Positions 26,201 to 35,723 of a stretch of DNA of 64,000 nucleotides are shown piece by piece (the first letter of the stretch is position 1; each line of letters opens with the position of its first letter). Source of the DNA: Amphiscolops sp. MND2022 (taxonomy: Eukaryota). Location of the stretch: NCBI GenBank assembly GCA_964187785.1, contig OZ076409.1, positions 8,124,001 through 8,188,000 on the forward strand, written 5' to 3'. The notes beneath the pieces are model-generated. The model was not told the origin of the DNA and ran no database searches. It saw nothing but the letters and a program-made list of their open reading frames with translations. A program made the position numbers and the translations under genes.

Positions 26201-27583
26201 GTTGGAAGTTTGGGGATTATCATTAAAATTGTTGTTGGAAGAGGTTGATCTGTTTGAGCGAAATGCGGAGGGAATTGATGGAGGATCAAATCTAGATCGA
26301 GTGATGTATCTTGTATAATCAGGATTAGTTCTTGTTGGAGATGCAACATTAACAGAAGTATTCTGAGCACTAGATGTAGTCAAAATATCATCCTGTAATG
26401 TATCATGGGTTTCGTCGTGTATGTCATCTGTATGTGGAAGGTTTAAAGTTATATTACGGTTTGGAGATGTAGCTAAGTGAGATTGAGGACTATGTGTAGT
26501 TTGTCTTTGGTTTACAACTCTAGTGGGAACTCTAAAGGGTTGAGTATGTACTGATGTTGATGTCCCTGTTTGTGATGGATTATGTGTTGAAACTGTAGAT
26601 TCTTGGGTAGTAAACTCATTATCGTTATAGTTTTCAGGTTGATTTTGTTGTTGGGTTGTATTTTCCTGATCGGTGTTATCATCTTCAGTGGAATTGTTAG
26701 TGTTAAAATGTAAATTTTCTTGATCTTGAGAATTTTGTTCATAGTGGTAAGGTCTATTGTCTGCGAATAGATCATTTTCTGTAATTAATAGAGGATCGAA
26801 ACGTATGTAACCTAAAGTTTGTTTTGTAATTGATTGTGGTTTATGAAAGTAAGGATCTTCATTTTGTTCACTGATGATGAATGGTAAACATTCTTCTAAT
26901 GTAAAATGATCTGGAAATGCTGTAAAAGCAGATTGATCTTGTTGTGACCATAATAGTTGATAATTAAATCTGAAGTATTTTCTGAGAAATAAAGATATTA
27001 CTTTGATATGAGGAATTGTTTCGTCATTTAATGTTAAGTCTTTGAAGTAATGGTAGATGAAATTTTGAATTCGTAATATATCAGCTTGTAACCAATGATG
27101 GGGGTTGTCTTCAGGATTAACTAATCTTTCAATAATTTCTACGTCGAAATTGTCTATGTATCGTTGAAGATCGTCGAGTGCATTTGGACTAAATTTTGGA
27201 ATTTCCTGTGCTAAGTTGTGGTCTTTTACATTGTTTAGAAAAGCATGAAAAACTTGTTTAAAAGGAACTTGAAGGTTTATTGGATTTATTGTTCTTCTGT
27301 ATATATGAGATGAATTAGGTCTTTGATGAAGAAAGGATATTTGAAAAGTTGGGTATTCTTCGGTGGTTGTTAAAACTTTGTATCTAATATAGAAAAGGTA
27401 TGTGTCCAAGTGTTCTCTAATAAGAGGGATTGTTTCAATTGTGTGTGGTTCATTTTCAAATGGGAGTGGTTGTGTATAATGTGAAATAATGTTTTGTAGG
27501 AATGGGTTTAGTTCTAATTTTACAATTTTTGCATTTTTAATGATGGGGGTTTGAAAAGGTAAATAGGTTGTTGTTAATGACAT
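23282..27583 (-). CDS. gag: gag-protease of giant element (1433 aa open; probably once continuous with pol)
   Basis: PFDG...EEYLQQVE...LTGTALDWY...WNSF capsid-like region; CSYCHKNNHSISNC knuckle; Arg/Ser/Tyr-rich region; LLDTGAS and NILG aspartic protease. Confidence 0.9.
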   Translation of the reverse strand: MSLTTTYLPFQTPIIKNAKIVKLELNPFLQNIISHYTQPLPFENEPHTIETIPLIREHLDTYLFYIRYKVLTTTEEYPTFQISFLHQRPNSSHIYRRTINPINLQVPFKQVFHAFLNNVKDHNLAQEIPKFSPNALDDLQRYIDNFDVEIIERLVNPEDNPHHWLQADILRIQNFIYHYFKDLTLNDETIPHIKVISLFLRKYFRFNYQLLWSQQDQSAFTAFPDHFTLEECLPFIISEQNEDPYFHKPQSITKQTLGYIRFDPLLITENDLFADNRPYHYEQNSQDQENLHFNTNNSTEDDNTDQENTTQQQNQPENYNDNEFTTQESTVSTHNPSQTGTSTSVHTQPFRVPTRVVNQRQTTHSPQSHLATSPNRNITLNLPHTDDIHDETHDTLQDDILTTSSAQNTSVNVASPTRTNPDYTRYITRSRFDPPSIPSAFRSNRSTSSNNNFNDNPQTSNRYYDPFNHNFYPPSNRTNNTNTNQHHSQIKTISTTQNPFIQLSNTNTSQNIYSQNQGTSYTSTSYSNITQDSQRRLHNPPLTHIPTDPLYQTHPNPNPNPNPNPLPSNTIQHIPPTLTQQLAPPPQYLPMPQDTFINMSASIPEPMKPFDGLDHSYTPEEYLQQVEARLTFAIGEEPQNNPINYKSWHNRRMAYIQCSLTGTALDWYTNLHISYEQQWNSFVQLFKKQFSSRKTAYYAQVEAMSLMKKDNETVRHFALRVQQLVKKGWCNENAATINLKNDEIFTKGLPKKFKDFAHKRQVKHVSTLLEPSIPFYTLVRHVDSEDIANEKIRTNDLALEINKVSLEDDTNKKEFEHEDQIMVTQTGDPNNKSKPAYRKYCSYCHKNNHSISNCYQKQRDDEYQKYNNQRSRTPQQSFVQYFRSKPNNPQENRNDNTNPYSSDNDRSKYNQNYYNDRYRNIDRYRSNSREYSQNNYRSNSRQRYYNRSRSPYRSRFDNYYQRKTPSRSPYRSPYRNNSNYRYNSRSRYRSRSQSQGNFFKRYNYPYKSPSKPRDFRSRSRTPSRNRQQNRINQVDVKSAKENDSTKFEIHTCQITEIANTITPYSWFYPLYIHASEPNDNILPSKFEILFLLDTGASISVLNLPTFHVISKQLNINVPTNLQNKRAKTLTVANQTEVPIIHYISMTCFTEVNHKTRSFNIDFAVANIKYNILGTPFFKKHIQNIDFQQNIMTYTEQHPKLPTKTTFSTFTEKDYPYISYIYTIKCKEPIHFKPRSGKTIHFPIKNYSNLNFELEDNTKFYPTNPYTYFLQKFKNIFHFLDMIVNEKSKDSCATIIQNFTSYPATLPRGIIGYIEIPITQTTPPHYRVNDVNSLIHSVIHAYHPDTTTPIKQNPYVDMNLCTRVTPQSLLEINKIEINDKTLQLPIPSVTGNLRPSDKIRKEFPPLPYSTENQQFIKKFNFEYSDLTDTEYVNL

Positions 27584-28949
27584 TTTTCTAAAGTTTGTCT
27601 CTTATCACCGTAAGTATTTTTTCAAGAAGAACACAAACTATAAATAAGACACAAAACGTGTATGTTGTAATGAGTACTACTGTGGTAACCTTTTCCCACA
27701 TGTTATAATGTGAAGGTGAGAACGTTGCAATTGATTTTATATATTTTTTTAAGTTGGAGCTCTTGGGTAATGTCGTTGTTGATTTATGATAAAGAAAAAA
27801 TATTGTTGATATCGTTCAATTAATCTTTCAAAATCGTTTGCTGTAGGGTTTTGAAGGGAGCTAATTGGCGGAATGTAAAAGTTGAAAGGATAAATTGCTT
27901 GGTTGTATATGTTAGGGTTCATATAATTTGTATTATAATTTGATGTTGTTTGAAAAGTTAATAGTTGTGGATAGAGAAAAGAAGCGGATGCAGTAGGATC
28001 TGTATTCAACCTCAAAGGATTGCTAACAGAAACTAAATGTTATTTTAAGTCTGGATCACTTTAAGGTGTCTAACATAAGGTTACTGACACGTCCAGAAAA
28101 ACTAAGATTGTTTTATTTTTAAGTGGGTTGTGTGTTTTAAGACTAAGGGAGTGGAACTCTGAACAATCAACGTCCACTATCCAGAGTCTGATCAATACTG
28201 ATCAAGATCAAAGTTTGATCTTTGTTTCTTTTACTTTTACTTTTACTTTCTGAGAATTTTGAAGATTCGAACGTAGTTCGGTGTCCTCTCGATTCTCCTA
28301 AAAGACGTTTACACTTAACTAAGGTTTTTAGTCTGTCTTAGAATCAGAGTAAGCTGGTGAGGCTGTGTGATTGGCTAAGTCTTACGGGAGGGGATAGGAA
28401 TTGTGGGTGCCTGAAAGTAGAAAACTAACTTTACTGTGTTTGTGTTATTTACATGCCTTATTTTAAGTTTTAAAGCAAAAGAGTTGTGAGAATTGTATGT
28501 GGTATTTTGTTAAAATAATTGTTTTGTAGGATTATGTTAAAATTATTACCATTGAAAGTACTAGAGATAAGGTTGAGTGTACTTTGTGTTGTTGTTTTTG
28601 TTGGTTATTGAAAAATTTTTTGAAGTTACTTGTATTATTTAAGTTTTGTGAATTTATTTGTATTGTTTGTCGACAATAGGAAAAAAAATGGAATAGTGCG
28701 TGGTTGTTTTTTGTAGTTAGTCTTGGTTGCCTTTTTTTGTTTTCAGAGTCTATTTCTGAAATTTTTTTGTAGGAAATTTTGTAGAAAGGGGATCCGAAAC
28801 GTAAAAGTAGAAAATCCAGGTTTTCTGCCAACACGAAGTTGATCTTGAGACGTATGTGCTTATAGGTGAGCGGAGTTGGACATGCACTCAATCAACTATT
28901 ACACCAGGAGTCCACCTGACGTCCAAGATAGCAGGATTGAAGAAAGTTG

Positions 28950-29179
28950 CTGTGTCAAAGGTGTTAGAAACCTTGATAAACCAGACAAACGTCAAAGAAC
29001 TGTTTCAACAAGCTTCCGGATTAGCTGTGATAAATCAGTATAGAGAACAGAACTGTGTCACTTTGGATAAATCAGTCCGAAATGAAACCGTTTCAACGTA
29101 TTGGAAAACGTGATAAACCGGTATGGCAAAAAAAACAGGAAGAAGAACCGTGTCAACGTTAGAAAACGTGATAAACCGG
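28950..29179 (-). repeat. Array of five imperfect stem-loops in the 5' leader of the giant element
   Basis: Sense-strand consensus CYGRUUUAUCA-[variable hairpin]-UGAMACRG at 28950-28984, 29000-29038, 29053-29075, 29088-29121, 29148-29179. Confidence 0.8.
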
Positions 29180-29400
29180 TAGTGAAGAAAATTTGTTATA
29201 TTTAAATTGATTTTTGTAGTGGAGAAATTGTGTTTCGAACGATGATGTATTTATTGATGAAATTCAGAAAGTCACAGACTAAACTTTCAAGGAATTCTAG
29301 AAAGATTTCACTGCAATTCCAGAGAATTTCAAATATAGAGAGTGGTATTTGTATGATTGTTGAGAGAAGAGAAATCATCCAGGAGAAAAGGCAAAAATTT

Positions 29401-29415
29401 CTACAAGTCGCACCA
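29401..29415 (-). promoter_or_regulatory. Primer-binding site of giant element
   Basis: TGGTGCGACTTGTAG 3 nt downstream of the 5' LTR on minus; cognate tRNA not assigned. Confidence 0.75.
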
Positions 29416-29418
29416 AAT

Positions 29419-29687
29419 TGTGCTGCTTTTAATGGTTGGTTAGTTCTTTGGATGGTATTATTCACAAGTACTAAAAACGGCTGAGAGACAGGCTAGCTAG
29501 CTTACTTTATTACAACTAGTTCGAGGTGTTAGAAGTAGAACAAAAAGGAAGTCAACTGAATACTGATTATTAGTTTTCTCTCTCTGAGGGAGTAGAGATT
29601 TACAATCATTCAATAACAAATAAATGTACATTCTAGAACATTCTATAAACATCTAAATACTATTGGTTATTAATGTAGGTCAGTACA
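29419..29687 (-). repeat. Giant element 5' LTR (269 bp)
   Basis: ~99% identical to 11287-11553; flanked by TSD ATCC. Confidence 0.95.
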
Positions 29688-29798
29688 ATCCATTGTTGTT
29701 TTCCCATGTTTTAGAAAAGCGCATGGTTAAAAAAATTCGTTTAATCAAACTTTCTTGCAGGCCATTGACCATTTGCAAAGCGTTTCCAAAGAAAAGCT

Positions 29799-30395
29799 AA
29801 CCAGAGCCGCATATGCGGTAAAGGAGTCGGCTGATGTCTTTTTCCTTCTGACTCGCTCCAATCCCAGAATCATACGAATTTATTGAAATTGCACACATAG
29901 GACCACACATTCTATGGTGTAAAAATGACTGAAGAAATTTTTGTTCGAATAGTATGGAGTTTTTGAGAAAATCAAAAAATGGCGTTTTTTGGCCATTTTT
30001 GGTTAATTTTGGCTATGTTTCTCACATCCCAGCCATACAATTTTGATGCCATTGCACATATAGGACTCTAGTATGATGTAGAATGACTGTAGAAAATTTC
30101 GTTCGAATCGTATGGACAATTTTTGAGAAAATCGAAAAAAGTCGAAAAATGGCTGTTTTTTGGCCATTTTTGGGCTAATTTTGGCTATGTTTCTCACATC
30201 CCAGCCATACGATTTTGATGCCTTTGCACACGTAGGGGCCCCTTTGGGTGTAGAATGACTGTGCAAAATTTCGTGAAAATCGTATGGACAGTTTTTGAGA
30301 ACTTAGAAAATTTCATGAAAAGGTCGGGAGAAAAAAATACAAAAAAAAACAGCACGATTGCATAAGTAGTCGAAAATTTGTCCGACTCCTAAAAA
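29799..30395 (-). mobile_element. HINE-like family A copy with internal tandem subrepeats
   Basis: AGGAGTCGG/CCGACTCCT subterminal inverted repeats, CCGCATATGCGG palindrome, T-rich insertion site. Confidence 0.7.
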
Positions 30396-31726
30396 TTACG
30401 ATACGTTGCGAAAAAACATGCAAAACTAGCAACAGTGAAACCAACATGTCGAAATATTCGCAATAGATTAGAAACAAATCTTGAATGAAATCAAGAATTG
30501 GCAAAAAAATCTTTTTTTGGTTTTTCACTTTTATAGTTCAAACTCAAACTTTCCTCCACAAAAGAGTTCACACACTTCCTGTTTTTCTGCTGAGCTTCAT
30601 TATCGAGAGAAACTTTCAGCAGGTATATATATTGCGTCCCGAGATTGAAAAATGTCCCGTCAGAGACGAAGTTCCGATTCTTAGGAGTACTTGCCCAAGA
30701 ATTATCCCAGTCTGTTAGTGCTGAAAATAATTGGCATCTTTTTTCCTTTTGAGGACCACCGCTTAATCAGCCTTTAAAATTGGGCGTTCCTGATAACCAA
30801 TTGGTTTCTCATCTGCAGGTATGAGAGCGGAAAATATTAGCTCACGAATTAAGACATCAGCTAAATGCGATAAAATACCACATTACATTGGTATTGTACA
30901 ACAACAAGAAAGGGGCCAAACGCAACGTGCGTAGGAACTAGGACATAAGATTCATAATTAGGAATCTATTACCAAAAGTAGCAACATTCTAAAAGATACG
31001 CGAATGGCAATATTTTTTCAGTTTCAGCGTATGTAGTTCTTGCTAATTGTATCTTTCTTCCGGCAGTCTTCTTACGAGCATTCTTGTTGTCACGGTCTTC
31101 GCATGCGCGCATGTTGCTCAGTTTTCTTCAATTCGGGGGACAGGTAATTCCAGCTAACATGCTAGCTGACGACGTAACTTCTCCGATTCTGTTTTTTTAG
31201 AAATCGGATTTCGATCTGTGATAATCTGTTAGTGACTGCCAGAGGGTGACGTTACATAAGGCTCCATGTATAAAAATGAATGGAATCTTTAATAATCGGA
31301 CCCGGGGGTTCATTCAGAACTTCATTCCCTTTTAAACTTTCTTTTCACTCTTTTTTTGCTCCAATAATGTCCTCCTTGATTCACAATTGTCAACAAACGA
31401 TTTCAATGGCACGGTTGAAAACTTAGTGACAGAAAAAACACCAGCAACATATTTCGAGCTTTTTGGCTTATCATTCCTGATCAATGACATCACGTCATCA
31501 AATTGCAGTGTAGAAAAAGCCAATGTGCCTAATTATTTATTGTTTTCCTACCATTGAACGAAAAAGTTAGGAAGTTTTTTTGCGGAAAATAATGCTTTCT
31601 AAGACGGGCTATTCACAACAACGGATGTTTTTGCCCGAAAGATTTCTCAAAACTGAACCCAAATTGTGAAATTGCAGGAAATTCTGGGCAAAAACATTTT
31701 GATAGCTTCAGCGAGAGTTTACTTAC

Positions 31727-31840
31727 TTCGAATGAGCCGAAATTTAACAATCCTGGGTTATCGAAACTTCTCCAGTTGCCGTAATCAATCCCAGAAAGGA
31801 AAAAATTCAAAGTTGCTGTGGAAGTCATAGCACACGCCAG
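31727..31840 (-). CDS. CLCN6: CLCN6 exon 11 (LACAMTSTATLNFFLSGIDYGNWRSFDNPGLLNFGSFE)
   Basis: tttcAG/GTaagt; matches CLC-6 'TLNFF.SGI..G.W.SF..PGLLNFG.F'. Confidence 0.92.
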
Positions 31841-32374
31841 CTGAAACGAAAAGGAAATTGAAGTCTGATGTTAGTTTTAGGTTATTACGATCCAGGTATT
31901 ACGATAAAACTGCACCAAATAATAAACGTGATATAGGCATTACTGGAAATCAAAACATTTATACATTTAGCAGTTCATGGAATAACTGAACAATGTGCTG
32001 AATAAATAGTTGAACTTTTTGGATTTTATTACCAACTAAAACGTTCAAAAACTACAAAAAATGCAAGCATTTGATTAAAAATTAGAAACTTTTAAAACGC
32101 GCGTCATATAGTAATATTTTCCCTTATAATTTCCGTCCTTTTTTCATATATGAAAAAATGGACGGAAATTAATAGCCAATTGTTGGGGTTATTTTTGTCA
32201 CATGGTTGACTTTCTTCTTGTTTTTTTTTTCGTCTAAAATGGGCCAGTAAACTCATTGCTTTGTAGATTGATCCCAAATTGAGGCTTGTCTACTAAGTTC
32301 TCAAAACTTGAAATGGAGATCTGTCATTGAGTATTTGAGAAAATCAAACATCAGCGAAATTGTTCTTATCTAAC

Positions 32375-32460
32375 CGACTTCCAAGTGAGTGCCTGGTTCC
32401 AGAAAGACGATCCTTCCTCCAAACTGAACAAAACTCCCCCAATCGGTGCTCCAAATGCAG
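32375..32460 (-). CDS. CLCN6: CLCN6 exon 10 ([29 protein letters not shown]), contains the proton glutamate
   Basis: Canonical CLC motif [18 protein letters not shown] borders, phases 1 and 0. Confidence 0.95.
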
Positions 32461-32616
32461 CTTCAAAAAAACTAGGTTATCAGCTAGCCAATTATTGTCT
32501 AAGTGAAAAATGAATTCGGTGAAAACAGTTCATGAATGATTTCCTGGTGTTTGAAACAGTAAATGCATTTGTTTTCTTCCCATGCGTCGTATGTTAAAAA
32601 TCGGCGGGCTTGATTT

Positions 32617-33941
32617 CCCACGCTTTCAATCTTTGCGAATCTGTGCTTTTGCAGAATTTTGCAGATATGTGCAGATTTTAAAAAAAGACCTACTCAGAAA
32701 CACAATAAAAACACCACAGCGATGTCAAACGAAAAATAAAAATGTTTAAAACTGGAGAGAAGGGTCATTTATGTCACAATAATGAAACATTTTTCTGAAG
32801 CAATCTGTACAGATCTGTAAAAATTACAGATCTTCACACAGCAAAACAATGACCAATAAATTACCATAACGTATTCCGAGTTACCAGCAATTACTAAAAT
32901 AACTCCAACAAACCATGTTCCCGAAATATTAAAACCACAGCACTTTATCAACACCTCTATCAAACCAGAAGGTTGCCACATATCAAATTTCATCCGTCAA
33001 AGCGAAGTCAATACGGCAAACAAGCCTCTCAAGGTTCAACAACCACTTCTGGAAAGTTCAAGTGAAATGGATAAATTACGGTGTATAATTAATACCGCAC
33101 ATTCTCCGGTCTTCATAATTATAATGATGGGAACAATCTTTCCTTCTCGAGAATTTTGAGTTGTCGGAGAATTTTGAATTTTACGGAGAGTTTCAACTAA
33201 CTGAGCCGTGGTCAGCTGAAATACTTGATAAAGTAGTTGAAGAAGTCCATAAATGCACTGTATTAGTGCCTTAGTAGCTGCAGAAAAAATCTTTAACACT
33301 ATATGGACCATTGGGGCGGATTCGTCTCAGTTAGTTTCTGCAAACTTCTGAAGAAACCAGCTGCTCGTATGGTGAAGAAAACTCTTGAGATGTTCAGACG
33401 AACATAGCATTGCATGCCTTTTTACGGAAGATTGACATGCTGTCTCCAAATTCAAAAGAACGGGACCCAAAAAAATCAGCACCGATTTTCCGTTTTTTTC
33501 AGTTTTCGTTCCTGTCCACTTTATTCCACTGGTATAAAAATTGGGTCAAAGTGGCCATAGCATTTTTTGAAACATGCTGAAATGCAGTCAGAAATACGTC
33601 GTGCAACGTTTTGGCGCAAAGTCCGGAGACAGTGCGGGGAATCCAGTGCAAAAAACATTGCGCGGGGCCCGCGGTAGCCCAGCAGTTCAAAAAACAAATT
33701 GAAAGCCCTGATTGTCTTCTTTCGATCGCGCTATAAATCGTTTCACCAACTTGAATAGTTTAGAAGATATTGCGGTTTGAAGTTTAAGCACGAGATTTTT
33801 GAATGAATCCGGAAACTTTTTGGACCATTTAGGGTTGAAGAAATCTGCACACTTCTTCAAGATTCAGTGCAAAAACTTTTGCAGAACCCTGCAGAAAAAA
33901 CATGCAGATCTGCAGAGATTTGCAAAGGTCGAAAACGTGGG
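32617..33941. mobile_element. Degenerate TIR DNA transposon derivative
   Basis: Imperfect inverted termini CCCACGCTTTCAATCTTTGC...GCAAAGGTCGAAAACGTGGG with TGCAGA-rich subterminal repeats. Confidence 0.4.
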
Positions 33942-34436
33942 TTATGAGGTCATCATTGTCCCTATCATTTATTTACCATGTATGGTTTAGATGAAAACTC
34001 TATGTGGAAATTTAAACTTCCAATTTTGGGTTTTGGGTTGGGTGTTTGTCCAAGAAGAGTTGGATTACGTACCAAATAGCACAAGAGCAAATAACAAAAA
34101 CGAATTAGTCCCATTTAGCAAAATGAAATTTGTTTCACATAACAAAAACAAACCGAATACCCGGTTAAACAATCGAACTCGCGAAAAGGTATCTGTAATT
34201 TGCATAGTTTTTTCAGTGAATCTATTGAATTGTGAATGCTTTTGACTACTGAAACTTTCTCGTAAACAATGTTATTTGATGTTTAGTGAGACTAATTTCA
34301 TTCATTTATGTTATTTGGAAGTTAAGTTATGTTAATTTAGTTTTCATGTTATTTTCTTTTTTGTTATTTGGGAATCCACCGAAGAGTTGTTTTGGAATGA
34401 TAGGGCATTTGGTTTGGGGAAAAAACAAAAGCGAAC

Positions 34437-34483
34437 CTGCAACTCCAGCAGCGGCCCCAGCCGACACGAAATCCCGTTTTTGT
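34437..34483 (-). CDS. CLCN6: CLCN6 exon 9 ((R)QKRDFVSAGAAAGVA)
   Basis: CLC motif KRDFVSAGAAAGV; tttAG acceptor, GTtcgc donor. Confidence 0.92.
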
Positions 34484-34573
34484 CTAAAGCAAAACAACAA
34501 CTAAACTGTAACTTATTGAAATTTACTGGTGTTAAGTAATTCTTCGATTTATTGATGATTTAAAACATTATTA

Positions 34574-35414
34574 CACCGTTTCCGCGTTCAGTGAAGCATA
34601 TCGGATGTTAAGTGAACTGTCTCGGCTATCGTTTTAAAGTTTCAGCCTATCACAGGCCTTCAGATTGAAAGCGCTTTACCATCACAAGCTATGTGAGCCA
34701 TATTAGATGTCAAGTGAAGCAAAGTATTGAAAGTTGTTGTCAAGGTTTCGTTCGTTTGCTTGATATTGAAAATAAATGTAAATAATGCTCCCACTATACT
34801 GTTTTGAGCAAATAAAAAGTTCATTCAAGCTACCATTTCGTTATTTTTAGTTGTGATTTTCTGTAGCAGCCTAATCAAATTCTATTGGTTGTTCGTTTCC
34901 GCGTTCAGTGAAGCATATCAGGTGTTAAGTAAATCGTCTCGGCTATCGTTCCAAAATTTGAGCCTCCTATACAATCACAAGCTATGTGGACCATATTAGC
35001 TGTCAAGTGAAGCAAAATATTGTTGGAAATAAAAGAACAACAAGCGGTCCAAAGTAACAAAAGCGGACAAAGAAAGACTTAGGAATTAAAGCGCTCATCC
35101 AAGATTTTCGTTCACTTTGGTTGCAATTTGCTGTAGCAAGCTAATCAATTTGGCTGTTGACTTAACGTCTTATACCCTTAACTGAACGCGGAAATGCTGT
35201 ATTGCGGATAGTATTTTCATTGAATTTCAACAACTGAGCCAAATGCATGACATTTTGGCAACGTTCAATACTCTGCTTCACTTGACAGCTAATGATTCAC
35301 AGAACTTGTGATTGCGCTTTCCATTTGGAGGGATCTGATAAGCTCAAATTTTAGACCGATAGCCGAGACGGTTCACTTTACATCTGATATACTTCGTTGA
35401 AAGCAAAAACGGTG
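34574..35414. mobile_element. Foldback/MITE-like element with ~160-bp imperfect inverted termini and an internal direct copy of the left arm
   Basis: 34574-34730 is inverted relative to ~35262-35414 and directly repeated at ~34895-35020. Confidence 0.55.
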
Positions 35415-35504
35415 CATTAGATGACTTCAGAAAACGGTAAGCATACTAGGTGAACCAAAAAACGGACCGGGCAAAATATTCACTTTTCAAAATTGTAATT
35501 TTGT

Positions 35505-35710
35505 TGTGACATGAATATAGTTGAAGGTCAATAGTAACGCAATGTTACATAATTCTTACTTACTTTATGACCTTTTATGTTAATTACATAACATACCTGC
35601 TAGTAACTCTAATGTCATCTGTAGTACGATATAGTGAACACTATAACTTGATCTTACGTACAATACAGTATTACATTCCCAAAACTTCTTTATTCCATTG
35701 GTATACAACA
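35505..35710 (+). repeat. Mag-like element 5' LTR
   Basis: Direct repeat of 41279-41484. Confidence 0.95.
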
Positions 35711-35723
35711 TGGCGCAGTCAGA

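Larger units (their letters stand above)
11287..29687 (-). mobile_element. Giant (18,401 bp) env-carrying Ty3/Gypsy (Metaviridae-like) LTR element
   Basis: TG...CA LTRs, 4-bp TSD ATCC (11283-11286 and 29688-29691), PBS TGGTGCGACTTG, PPT, gag-PR-RT-RH-IN order, env-like glycoprotein and accessory ORFs. Confidence 0.95.

Noticed and set aside
28950..29179. CRISPR-like reading of the repeat/variable-loop array
   Set aside because: Eukaryotic retroelement context, no cas genes, and the variable parts are self-complementary loops inside each unit rather than spacers
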